Of a stretch of 64,000 nucleotides of DNA, positions 8,821 to 17,271 are shown piece after piece (position 1 is the stretch's first letter; each line of letters begins with the position of its first letter). The stretch covers positions 10,284 to 74,283 of the forward strand of contig JAJZRS010000003.1 of NCBI GenBank assembly GCA_021802545.1, written 5' to 3'. The notes beneath the pieces are model-generated. The model saw nothing but the letters and a program-made list of their open reading frames with translations. It searched no databases and was not told the DNA's origin. Origin of the DNA: Pseudomonadota bacterium. Its GTDB lineage: Bacteria > Pseudomonadota > Gammaproteobacteria > Burkholderiales > JABEVD01. Made by a program: the position numbers and the translations under genes.

Positions 8821-11328
8821 ATGTCGTCAAATCTGGTCATCGTCGAATCGCCTTCCAAGGCCAAAACACTGAAGAAATATCTCGGCAAGGATTTCGAGAT
8901 CCTGGCGAGCTTCGGCCATGTGCGCGACCTCGTTCCCAAGCAGGGCGCCGTCGACCCGGAAAACGGATTCGCCATGGACTACCAGCTGATCGAGCGCAAT
9001 GCCAAGCATGTCGATGAAATCGTCAAGGCGGCGGCCCTGGCCGACCAGATCTTTCTGGCGACTGACCCTGACAGGGAAGGGGAGGCGATCGCCTGGCACA
9101 TCTCCGAAATCCTTGCGGGAAAGCCCAAGCTGAAATCGAAGCCATTGAAGCGCGTCGCCTTCTACGAGATCACGGAGTCGGCCGTGAAGGAGGCGATCAG
9201 CCATCCGAGGGACATTTCCATGCCGCTCGTCAACGCGCAGCAGGCAAGGCGCGCCCTGGACTATCTCGTCGGGTTCAATCTTTCCCCGCTGCTTTGGCGC
9301 AAGGTAAGGCCAGGGCTTTCCGCAGGCAGGGTGCAGAGCCCGGCGCTTCGCCTCATCACCGAGCGGGAAATCGAGATCCAGAACTTCAAGGCGAAAGAAT
9401 ACTGGACCATTCATCTCGACAGCCACAAGGGAAAAGAGGCTTTCTCGGCCAAGCTCTTCCAGTTTGAGGGGGACAAGCTCAAGCAGTTCGACATTCCAGA
9501 CGAAGAGAAGCAGAAGGAGATCTTGGATAGTCTCTCCTCTGCGCAGGAAGGCAAGGTCGAGAACGTCGAGAAAAAGCGCAAGCTGCGTCATGCAGCCCCG
9601 CCATTCACCACCTCCACCCTCCAGCAGGAGGCTGTCAGGAAGCTCGGCATGACCACCGACAGGGCGATGCGCATCGCCCAGCAGCTCTACGAGGGTATCG
9701 ACCTTGGCGGCGCGACGGTCGGCCTCATCACCTACATGAGGACGGATTCCTTGTCGCTCGCCAGGGAAGCGGTCGAGGAAATCAGGGAATATGTGAATCG
9801 CGAATTCGCCCAGGATTACCTGCCGAAGCAGCCGAACGTCTACAAGAGCAAGGTCAAGAACGCACAGGAAGCGCACGAGGCGATCCGGCCCACTTCCATC
9901 ATGAGGACGCCGCAAAGCGTATCGAAATTCCTCAACCAGGACCAGGCGAGGCTTTACGAGATGATCTGGAAGCGCACCGTCGCGAGCCAGATGAGCCCCG
10001 CCCAGTTCGACACGGTGAGCCTGGATATCTCGGTCGGGTCGCCTGGAAACCTTTTCCGCGCGACCGGTCAGACCCTGGTCTTTCCCGGATTCATCGCCGT
10101 CTACAGGGAAGGGGTGGACGACGAAGACGACGAAGAGGAAGGCAGGCTTCCCCAGCTCGAAACGGGTGAAATCGTGCCCGTCGACAAGCTTTACGGCGAG
10201 CAGCATTTCACCCAGCCCCCGCCCAGATACAGCGAGGCGTCCCTGGTCAAGACGCTCGAGGAATACGGCATAGGCCGTCCTTCGACCTATGCCTCGATCA
10301 TCTCGACCCTGCTCGACCGGGAATACGTGATCCTCGACAAGAAGCGCTTCGTCCCGACCGACGTGGGGTATGTCGTCAACCGCTTTTTGACCGAGCATTT
10401 CTCGCCCTACCTCAACTACGATTTCACGGCCCGCCTAGAGGACCAGCTCGATTCCGTTTCCACCGGAAAGCAGCAATGGGTCCCGCTTCTGGGAGAATTC
10501 TGGCAGGGTTTTTCTTCCCTCATCGAGGAGAAGAAGAACATCTCGAGGAAGGAAGTCACCCAGGAGCTTCTGGAAGAGACCTGCCCCAAATGCGGCAAGC
10601 CGCTCTGCATGAGGCTCGGTAAAAGGGGAAGGTTCGTCGGCTGCAGCGGATTCCCGGAATGCGACTACACGAGGAACATGGGGGAAGAAGGTGCAGTAAA
10701 TGAGCCCCAGATCCTGGGCAACGACGAAGCGAGCGGGCAGCCCGTGATGCTTCTGAAAGGGCCTTACGGTCATTATCTCCAGGTGGGAGAGGGGGCAGAA
10801 GGGAAGAAGCCCAAGCGCGTCTCCTGGCCCAAGGAAATCCCGCTGGAATCGGCCAGCATGGAAACCGCGAAAAAGCTCCTTTCCCTGCCCAGGGAGGTCG
10901 GCATCCATCCTGACTCGGGAAAGAAGATCGTCGCGAACATCGGGCGTTTCGGCCCCTATGTCAGCCACGACGGATCGTTCAAGTCGATCCCGAAAACTGA
11001 GAGCGTCTTCGACATCGGTCTGGAGCGCGCAATCGCCCTGCTCGCCGAAGAGAAGGCGGGAAGGAATCTCTTGCGCGATCTGGGCAAGCACCCGGACGGA
11101 AAGCCTGTTGGCGTCTACAGCGGCCGCTTCGGCCCCTACATCAAGCACGGCCGCGACAATGCGAAGATTCCCTCGGGCTACGATCCCGACACGGTGACTC
11201 TGGAAGTCGCCCTCGGTGCCCTGGCCGAGAAGGCCGAGAAACCCGTAAAGGGCAAGGCGAAGCCTGCGAAAAAGACTGCAGCGAAGAAACCTGCTGCGAA
11301 AAAGACGGCGAAGAAGGCGGCAGCCTGA
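8821..11328 (+). CDS. topA: DNA topoisomerase I
   Basis: IVESPSKAK TOPRIM, DPDREGE, ITYMRTD catalytic Tyr, zinc ribbon, Lys/Ala-rich tail. Confidence 0.97.
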   Translation: MSSNLVIVESPSKAKTLKKYLGKDFEILASFGHVRDLVPKQGAVDPENGFAMDYQLIERNAKHVDEIVKAAALADQIFLATDPDREGEAIAWHISEILAGKPKLKSKPLKRVAFYEITESAVKEAISHPRDISMPLVNAQQARRALDYLVGFNLSPLLWRKVRPGLSAGRVQSPALRLITEREIEIQNFKAKEYWTIHLDSHKGKEAFSAKLFQFEGDKLKQFDIPDEEKQKEILDSLSSAQEGKVENVEKKRKLRHAAPPFTTSTLQQEAVRKLGMTTDRAMRIAQQLYEGIDLGGATVGLITYMRTDSLSLAREAVEEIREYVNREFAQDYLPKQPNVYKSKVKNAQEAHEAIRPTSIMRTPQSVSKFLNQDQARLYEMIWKRTVASQMSPAQFDTVSLDISVGSPGNLFRATGQTLVFPGFIAVYREGVDDEDDEEEGRLPQLETGEIVPVDKLYGEQHFTQPPPRYSEASLVKTLEEYGIGRPSTYASIISTLLDREYVILDKKRFVPTDVGYVVNRFLTEHFSPYLNYDFTARLEDQLDSVSTGKQQWVPLLGEFWQGFSSLIEEKKNISRKEVTQELLEETCPKCGKPLCMRLGKRGRFVGCSGFPECDYTRNMGEEGAVNEPQILGNDEASGQPVMLLKGPYGHYLQVGEGAEGKKPKRVSWPKEIPLESASMETAKKLLSLPREVGIHPDSGKKIVANIGRFGPYVSHDGSFKSIPKTESVFDIGLERAIALLAEEKAGRNLLRDLGKHPDGKPVGVYSGRFGPYIKHGRDNAKIPSGYDPDTVTLEVALGALAEKAEKPVKGKAKPAKKTAAKKPAAKKTAKKAAA

Positions 11329-11331
11329 TCG

Positions 11332-11871
11332 ATGGCGATAGGCTCCACCGTCTGCAAGGCGGTCCTGCAGGTCTCGGACATGGACCGCAATCGATACGGC
11401 GACCATTCCCTCACGCTAGCGCGCCATCCTTCGGAGACGGAAGAGCGCATGATGGTGAGGCTGCTCGCCTTCGCGCTCAATGCGTCGGACGCGCTTTCCT
11501 TCGGGCGCGGGCTTTCGACGGATGATGAGCCCGATCTCTGGGAAAAGGACCTGACAGGGGGCATTGCGCTCTGGATAGACGTCGGCCTGCCCGACGAGAA
11601 GCTGGTCAGGAAGGCCTGCAATCGATCGGAGCGGGTGGTCGTCTATGCCTACGGGGGCAGGGCTGCGCAAATCTGGTGGAGCCAGGCGCAACCGACCCTC
11701 GAGAGGCTTGCCAATCTTTCCGTTTACGACTTGCCATCTGATTTCACCCGAAAGCTTTCCGAAATGGCCGGACGGAGCATGCAGCTCCAGTGCCTGATCC
11801 AGGAAGGCTCGATCTGGTTCTCGAACGAGGAGGGCAGTCTATCCCTCGAACTCGGCGTTCTGAAGGCCTAG
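11332..11871 (+). CDS. yaeQ: YaeQ family protein
   Basis: ARHPSETEERMMVRLLA, GLSTDDEPDLW. Confidence 0.9.
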   Translation: MAIGSTVCKAVLQVSDMDRNRYGDHSLTLARHPSETEERMMVRLLAFALNASDALSFGRGLSTDDEPDLWEKDLTGGIALWIDVGLPDEKLVRKACNRSERVVVYAYGGRAAQIWWSQAQPTLERLANLSVYDLPSDFTRKLSEMAGRSMQLQCLIQEGSIWFSNEEGSLSLELGVLKA

Positions 11872-12282
11872 TCAGGCCGGGTATTCTGCGAATCTTGGCA
11901 TATCGTCTTGGCAGGACCAGTCTGCCCTTGAATCCCAGAATATCCTGGACTGGGGCTTGATGGGCGGCTCGTCATCCAGACTGCCCGCAGGAATGACGAC
12001 CCTGTCGGCTTCCCCTGAAATCCTCGGCAACGAAGAGCCGCATTGGCTGCAGAACTGCTTGCCGAATCGTTTGGCTTCCGGCACCTTGTACTGCTTCAGC
12101 AGCTCTTCTCCCTGAGTGAAGCGCAGCGATGCGCTGATCATGAGCAGATTGGAGGCGTGTCCTGTTCCGCTCGCCTTCCTGCAGCGCTTGCAATGGCAAT
12201 GATAGAAGCGGCTCGCATCCCCCTCGACTTCGTAATGCACTGCGCCGCAAAGGCAGCTTCCCTTCAGCACGGATTGAAACAT
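11872..12282 (-). CDS. GFA/CENP-V family Zn protein
   Basis: GSCLCGAV, CHCKRCRK, FCSQCGS; start at ATG 12282. Confidence 0.85.
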   Translation of the reverse strand: MFQSVLKGSCLCGAVHYEVEGDASRFYHCHCKRCRKASGTGHASNLLMISASLRFTQGEELLKQYKVPEAKRFGKQFCSQCGSSLPRISGEADRVVIPAGSLDDEPPIKPQSRIFWDSRADWSCQDDMPRFAEYPA

Positions 12283-12292
12283 GGTTTTCCCT

Positions 12293-13132
12293 TCATTCTG
12301 ATCTGATCGTGCCATTGATGCGGACGGCAGCCTTGCCGCCCACCCAGATAGCGCTATCATATTCTATCTCCACTTGCCCGTCCCTGCCCAAACATCTCCC
12401 CTGCAGGGCCGTGTAGCCTGACACTGAAATCAGCTTTTTTCGCCTGATCAAGGCTGCGACGCAACCGTTTCCGCTTCCGCAGACCGGATCTTCGGGTACG
12501 CCGTAAGCCGGGGCGAACGACCTGACCTCGTATTTCCCGTCGGGATGGGGGCCGAAAACGGTGATCCCGGTGATCCCTTCGAGTGCAGAAATCCTTTCCA
12601 TGTCCGGCTTCAATGCGATGACTTTTTGTGCGGATGCAAGCTGCAGGGTGAACCATGTCGGTCCCACGTCGACATGCGCGCCGTTCAGGATATCGCATCG
12701 ATTTATCCCGAGCGATTGTGCAGCGAAGAGCAATTCATGCGCTTTCGCCTCATTGAATCCGGGCTCCGGAAGCCTCAAGAATATCGATCCTTCGCCTATT
12801 CTGAGGTCAACGAGCCCTTTGCCGCATTCCTGGACGAGGGCCCCCGCTTTCTTCGGTTTCAATCCGTATTCGAGAAGCGCATGTGCGCTGCCCAGGGTAG
12901 GGTGCCCGGCGAAAGGGATCTCTGAATTGGGGGTGAAGATGCGCAACCTGTAGTCTGCCTCTACATGAGCAGGAGGAAGAACGAAGGTGGTTTCCGACAG
13001 GTTCGTCCAGCGGGCGATCGCCTGCATTTGTCCGTCGGAGAGGTCTTGCGCTTCAAGTATGACTGCGACCGGGTTTCCCATGAATGGTTTTTCGGTGAAG
13101 ACGTCGACCTGGCTGTATGCGCGATCCATCAC
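12293..13132 (-). CDS. PhzF family isomerase
   Basis: QVDVFT, GNPVAV, NLSETTF, PFAGHPT, EDPVCGSG. Confidence 0.9.
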   Translation of the reverse strand: MMDRAYSQVDVFTEKPFMGNPVAVILEAQDLSDGQMQAIARWTNLSETTFVLPPAHVEADYRLRIFTPNSEIPFAGHPTLGSAHALLEYGLKPKKAGALVQECGKGLVDLRIGEGSIFLRLPEPGFNEAKAHELLFAAQSLGINRCDILNGAHVDVGPTWFTLQLASAQKVIALKPDMERISALEGITGITVFGPHPDGKYEVRSFAPAYGVPEDPVCGSGNGCVAALIRRKKLISVSGYTALQGRCLGRDGQVEIEYDSAIWVGGKAAVRINGTIRSE

Positions 13133-13173
13133 TCAGTGCTTTCTGCAAAAATAGCATTATATATGTCGAAAAT

Positions 13174-13187
13174 TTGACCTTGATCAA
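13174..13187. promoter_or_regulatory. FNR/CRP-family box
   Basis: TTGAC-CTTG-ATCAA, one mismatch to TTGAT-N4-ATCAA, in the divergent intergenic region. Confidence 0.5.
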
Positions 13188-13260
13188 CTTGACATCAAAT
13201 TTTCAAAATACTGCTTGAATATGTGTTGAGTGTGCCCTAGTGTTTTATTAGCATATTCTG

Positions 13261-13641
13261 ATGCTTCTGCGTCGCAAACGAGAAGGCAGTGAGATGCGCC
13301 CACTTCAACAACCCGTGTCGAATGCTTGCATAGACGACGTTGCTGCGCTGATGCTGGACGAACGCGGCATGATCCTCGATTGCAGCAAATCTGCGGAAGA
13401 ACTGCTCGGTTACTTGCGCAGCGAACTCGTATGGCGCCATGTCTCGCTGCTGGTGCCCCACTTCGAGAATAACACGATGATTTTGAACGGGAAGGTCAAT
13501 CCGCGGATACGGTACCTGTGTCATTGCGGCCATCTTTTCAAGGTGCGGGACAGGCAAGGCCAATCGTTTCTCAGCGAAATTCATCTGTTCGAACCGCAAA
13601 ACCAGGATCGGCGCACAGTGAGGCTGATTCTCTGCCATTAA
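13261..13641 (+). CDS. small single-domain PAS protein
   Basis: LDERGMILDCSKSAEELLGY..ELV is a PAS signature; alternative start ATG 13294. Confidence 0.7.
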   Translation: MLLRRKREGSEMRPLQQPVSNACIDDVAALMLDERGMILDCSKSAEELLGYLRSELVWRHVSLLVPHFENNTMILNGKVNPRIRYLCHCGHLFKVRDRQGQSFLSEIHLFEPQNQDRRTVRLILCH

Positions 13642-13666
13642 TTCCAAACAAGCTTGAGGGGTAAAC

Positions 13667-14569
13667 ATGTTTTCATCTGATCATTTTGAAATCGACGCCA
13701 ATTCCAGCCGCAGCTCATCCTCAGATGCCGATCCAGAGGAGTCCTGTCTCGACATCACCCAGGTTTACTTCAACGAGATCAGGAAGAAGGAGCTGCTGAC
13801 AGCCGATGAAGAAAGGGCGCTCGCCTGTCTTGCCAGGGATGGCGATGCGTCTGCAAGACGGAAAATGATCGAGCATAACCTCAGGCTTGTCGTCAAAATT
13901 GCCAGAAAATACATGCATGCGAACATGGCGCTGCTCGATCTGATCGAGGAAGGCAACATCGGACTCATGCATGCGCTCGACAAATTCGACCCTGATCGCG
14001 GATTCCGTTTTTCGACTTATGCGACATGGTGGATCAAGCAGGGCATCGAACGCGCGATCATGAACCAGTCCAGAACGATCAGGCTTCCCGTTCATGTCGT
14101 GAAAAAGATCAATGCAATCAGGCGTGAAATGTACAACCATGCCGACAATGCAGATGGCCGTGATATGGAGCGCGTGGCCAGCACGCTGGGCATTGCCATC
14201 GAGCAGGCATGGGACGCCTTGCACCAGAACGAAACGACTATTTCTCTCGATGCGCCGCTTGACATCGATCCCTCGCTTTCCATAGGTGAAGCGATCCCGG
14301 ATGAGCTTCGACTCGAGCCCGATAGGCAGGCCGAGGAGGCTCAAATGCACGAATGGGTGAGCGAAAGGATAGAACGCCTCAATTCAAAGGAAAGGGCAGT
14401 TCTTGAAATGCGTTACGGCTTCAACGACAACGACCCGATGACGCTCGAGCAGATTTCCCTTCAGCTGGGAGTCACCAAGGAAAGGATCAGGCAGATACAG
14501 AACGATGCGCTCAAGCGCATCAGGAAGCAATGCGCTGCAGGCAAAATGACAAGCGAAATGCTCGTGTGA
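13667..14569 (+). CDS. RpoS-like group 2 sigma70 factor
   Basis: [43 protein letters not shown], region 4 TKERIRQIQ; not in the nlpD context so orthology uncertain. Confidence 0.85.
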   Translation: MFSSDHFEIDANSSRSSSSDADPEESCLDITQVYFNEIRKKELLTADEERALACLARDGDASARRKMIEHNLRLVVKIARKYMHANMALLDLIEEGNIGLMHALDKFDPDRGFRFSTYATWWIKQGIERAIMNQSRTIRLPVHVVKKINAIRREMYNHADNADGRDMERVASTLGIAIEQAWDALHQNETTISLDAPLDIDPSLSIGEAIPDELRLEPDRQAEEAQMHEWVSERIERLNSKERAVLEMRYGFNDNDPMTLEQISLQLGVTKERIRQIQNDALKRIRKQCAAGKMTSEMLV

Positions 14570-14619
14570 GCATTCAGGCAAACGGCATTGCGCTTATGGC
14601 ACATGCGGAACCGCCAATG

Positions 14620-14644
14620 AAAAAGGGCCTCGGATGAGGCCCTT
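14620..14644 (-). terminator. intrinsic terminator (native gyrB terminator, now displaced)
   Basis: AAGGGCCTC-GGAT-GAGGCCCTT stem, U-run on minus strand; lies just downstream of the gyrB stop once the element is removed. Confidence 0.75.
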
Positions 14645-14655
14645 GCATTTGCAAG

Positions 14656-14660
14656 AAGCA
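14656..14660. repeat. target site duplication, copy 1 (AAGCA)
   Basis: Immediately precedes TGT at 14661; identical to 27437-27441. Confidence 0.92.
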
Positions 14661-14794
14661 TGTAGGATCCCACATAAAGTGAAAAATCGATGCCTTACGG
14701 ATCAAGGCTTTTTTCATTTATTCCGAAGCGCTCCTAGGCTGCCAGTCCCACTTAACGTGAAAATTTCCTAACAGAATCCCAGATAAGGTGAAAA
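14661..14794 (+). repeat. gyrB-distal transposon end with three TnsB-type sites
   Basis: TGTAGGA then TCCCACATAAAGTGAAAA (14668-14685), TCCCACTTAACGTGAAAA (14746-14763), TCCCAGATAAGGTGAAAA (14777-14794). Confidence 0.85.
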
Positions 14795-14899
14795 CTTCCT
14801 ACAAATTTGCTGGCAGATTTTCCTCGCTGCTCATAACAGCTCCGTTGTTTGTCTTTTAGGCGAATAGATGTCTATTGGCTCGGGGGGCGATTCAATTCA

Positions 14900-15451
14900 T
14901 TATTCACTCTCGACCGATTTACTTACATATTTGCCACCAAGAAAGTTGCTTACTGTTGCATCCCCTCGTATTTCTGCCAGATGTAGCTTAGTATTTTTTC
15001 CTGATTTTATCGGTACAAATGTCTCCTTTCGTACCCCGTATCCGGCATGACCACCTTTAAATGATTCATTTAAAAATTTTGATTTGTAATCAAAATCGGG
15101 GACTATACGATTCTTTAGTATGTCCATGACCAATCCTATTGAAGCTTTAGCCTCAGCTAATACCATACTGGGGAGAGCCCGAGTCAGATCCTTAATCTCT
15201 TCCTTTAAACGCTCCCGATCATCATCGAAATCCAATTCGACCCGAGGAAAAGCGCCATTGAGGTCGGTCAGTAATTCTTGTTGTAAGATAGATATAATCT
15301 CCTCTTGTTGTTTGAAACGACCAGGGGTTTAAAGGCACGTTTGTGCCTTTAATTCTCCACAAAAAGTGGTCTTTACTAGTTTTATGATGGTTGCCTTGTT
15401 GGGCGCCAGGTCAGTCCAGCTGTCGCACACCGCTTTATAAGCGGAGCTCAT
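14900..15451 (-). pseudogene. hypothetical gene, possibly interrupted or truncated
   Basis: 111-aa ORF stays open upstream to TAA 15329-15331; an in-frame ATG at 15451 opens 40 further codons; no recognisable family. Confidence 0.3.
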
Positions 15452-15495
15452 TATGTCTAGAGGGTGGCTAGAAAGCCGGTCCGCAATTGAAACAT

Positions 15496-15942
15496 TTATC
15501 CCTCAGTTGGTTCGATTAACCAACCTCGTGATTGAGCAAGGAATTGAAGGCGCTCAAGGAGCTTTCGGAATACTTTTGGCGTTCCGTATTCTGGGGACGC
15601 AGTGATTAAGGCGTGGGCAAGATTATGTGGTTGTATTGGATCGGGTGTGACATCAATTGCGTGAGTTTGGATAGGGTTTCCTTTTGCATCATTTTGGATA
15701 ACAGTCGCCGTCGCACGGACATCAATTGTAACAACGCTGACAACACCATCCTTTTCTGACTTTTGTGTGTGGAAGGGATTAGTATTGCAAAGAACTGCAC
15801 GATCAACAGAAGGCTTAAATGACCGATCAGAAAAGGCTTGGGAGCTTAAGTGCCAAGATCCATCTGCATTCTTTTTACATTGGTTGTGCGCGAAGGAAAT
15901 ATTGCGAAACAATATTTCTTCATCACCAACACAATCTACCAA
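15496..15942 (-). CDS. hypothetical protein, putative ADP-ribosyltransferase/RES-like fold
   Basis: TTG start abuts the upstream stop; pattern LFR...AF...SVDR...DP...NxAHALI; fold call is inference. Confidence 0.55.
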   Translation of the reverse strand: MVDCVGDEEILFRNISFAHNQCKKNADGSWHLSSQAFSDRSFKPSVDRAVLCNTNPFHTQKSEKDGVVSVVTIDVRATATVIQNDAKGNPIQTHAIDVTPDPIQPHNLAHALITASPEYGTPKVFRKLLERLQFLAQSRGWLIEPTEG

Positions 15943-16446
15943 TTACACCTCCAACCAAGCCAGTAAGTGCGCGGTATTCTCTTCTGATACTTGACCATCT
16001 TCCATTTCATGATCAATGTCAGGTCCCCACACTTTAATGAAATCTAATTGCTCTTCGTTTACATATACGGTGAGCTTTTTTGTATTGTTCCACCATTCGA
16101 GCACGACCTCTCCATGAGGGCTTGCGGTTACATTTGGTTCGAGCCACTCAATGTCGATTTGGCGTGCTACGACATACATATTTCTGATTAAAGCAACTGC
16201 ACTTGCAATGCTTACTTGATTAATCGCAGCAGCCCCTGCCCCGTCCCAGTTCTCACCCCAGTTTTGCAAGGATCGAATTTTTTGGATCACTCTGTAGATT
16301 TGAAGTTCATTATCAGCAATAAACGTTTCGGGCTCTGGCTTGGATATGTTTTTAAGCAAACTACCCATTTCAGTAGCGCTAGGGGTGCGGTTGATCGGAA
16401 TTAACATTCCCCAATCATCATGGAGCGCTGCGCTAGCACTATACAT
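15943..16446 (-). CDS. hypothetical protein (NWDG motif)
   Basis: TAATG overlap with upstream gene; ENWDGAGA, PNVTASPHGEVVLEWW. Confidence 0.7.
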   Translation of the reverse strand: MYSASAALHDDWGMLIPINRTPSATEMGSLLKNISKPEPETFIADNELQIYRVIQKIRSLQNWGENWDGAGAAAINQVSIASAVALIRNMYVVARQIDIEWLEPNVTASPHGEVVLEWWNNTKKLTVYVNEEQLDFIKVWGPDIDHEMEDGQVSEENTAHLLAWLEV

Positions 16447-17192
16447 TACTGGATTAACTCCCTCGTCGTGTCGGTAACAAAGCTCTCAAACAACTCATTT
16501 TTTCGAATACGAAGTTGCTCCAAGGTATCCCAAACCTCAGTACTATTCGGCTGTATTGAGGTTATCTTGAATAAATCAATATCAAGCATAATAGAAAACC
16601 CACCCGGAATAACAGGGGCAACCACGGCCTCTTTTATAACCGCAGTACTGTTTAGATCTTCTTGGAACAAGTGTAGCTGCAAAAACATTCCGTTAACCAT
16701 TTGTGGTATGCCTGACGGAATATGCGGGTAAACGCTCAGGTAATCCTCAAGCTCTATTGGGCTAACAGGAATGTCAATTCGGTTAATGTATCGAACAGCG
16801 CACCTAGTGACTTTTTCGGGTTTGCAGTATTCAAGAAATCGCCCCCAATACTCGCGCGCGTCTTGACTAAAGTGTTCCCAGTCGGTGTATGGAGGAAGAT
16901 GACTGAAAGTGAGTCCTGTCTTTTTTAATTGCAGAACGCGGCTGTTGATCTCATCAGAAAGCCTAAATCCAAGTTTGTCACTAGAAGAAGATAAGTGATG
17001 CTTTTCGTCATCAGCATTACCGGTATCTAATTGCATTTGAATAGCAGTAATGTTGTTCCGGATTGGAAATTTGCCACCAAGGGAATCGGCGATTTCTGCC
17101 AGGCGACTTTCAGTAAACCCAGAAGGCAAAGCAACCTGAATATCTATGAGAGCTTCAATAATGGGGGCTTTAGAATAATGCCGCTTATCCAT
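16446..17192 (-). CDS. TIGR04255 family protein
   Basis: YSKAPIIEALIDIQ N-terminus, YTDWEHF, RCAVRYINRI, LDID, FESFVT. Confidence 0.8.
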   Translation of the reverse strand: MDKRHYSKAPIIEALIDIQVALPSGFTESRLAEIADSLGGKFPIRNNITAIQMQLDTGNADDEKHHLSSSSDKLGFRLSDEINSRVLQLKKTGLTFSHLPPYTDWEHFSQDAREYWGRFLEYCKPEKVTRCAVRYINRIDIPVSPIELEDYLSVYPHIPSGIPQMVNGMFLQLHLFQEDLNSTAVIKEAVVAPVIPGGFSIMLDIDLFKITSIQPNSTEVWDTLEQLRIRKNELFESFVTDTTRELIQ

Positions 17193-17271
17193 GGTGCCAT
17201 GCTGTCCGCAGGTTCATCTTTGTATTCTATGACGTGAATAATGGTTAGCGCAACACTACAACTCCATATGA

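Noticed and set aside
11230-11328. Repetitive AAKK-coding sequence
   Set aside because: Ordinary Lys/Ala-rich TopA tail
14746-14763. TnsB site containing ACGTGAAA, like a parS half-site
   Set aside because: Not palindromic and not shared by the other end repeats
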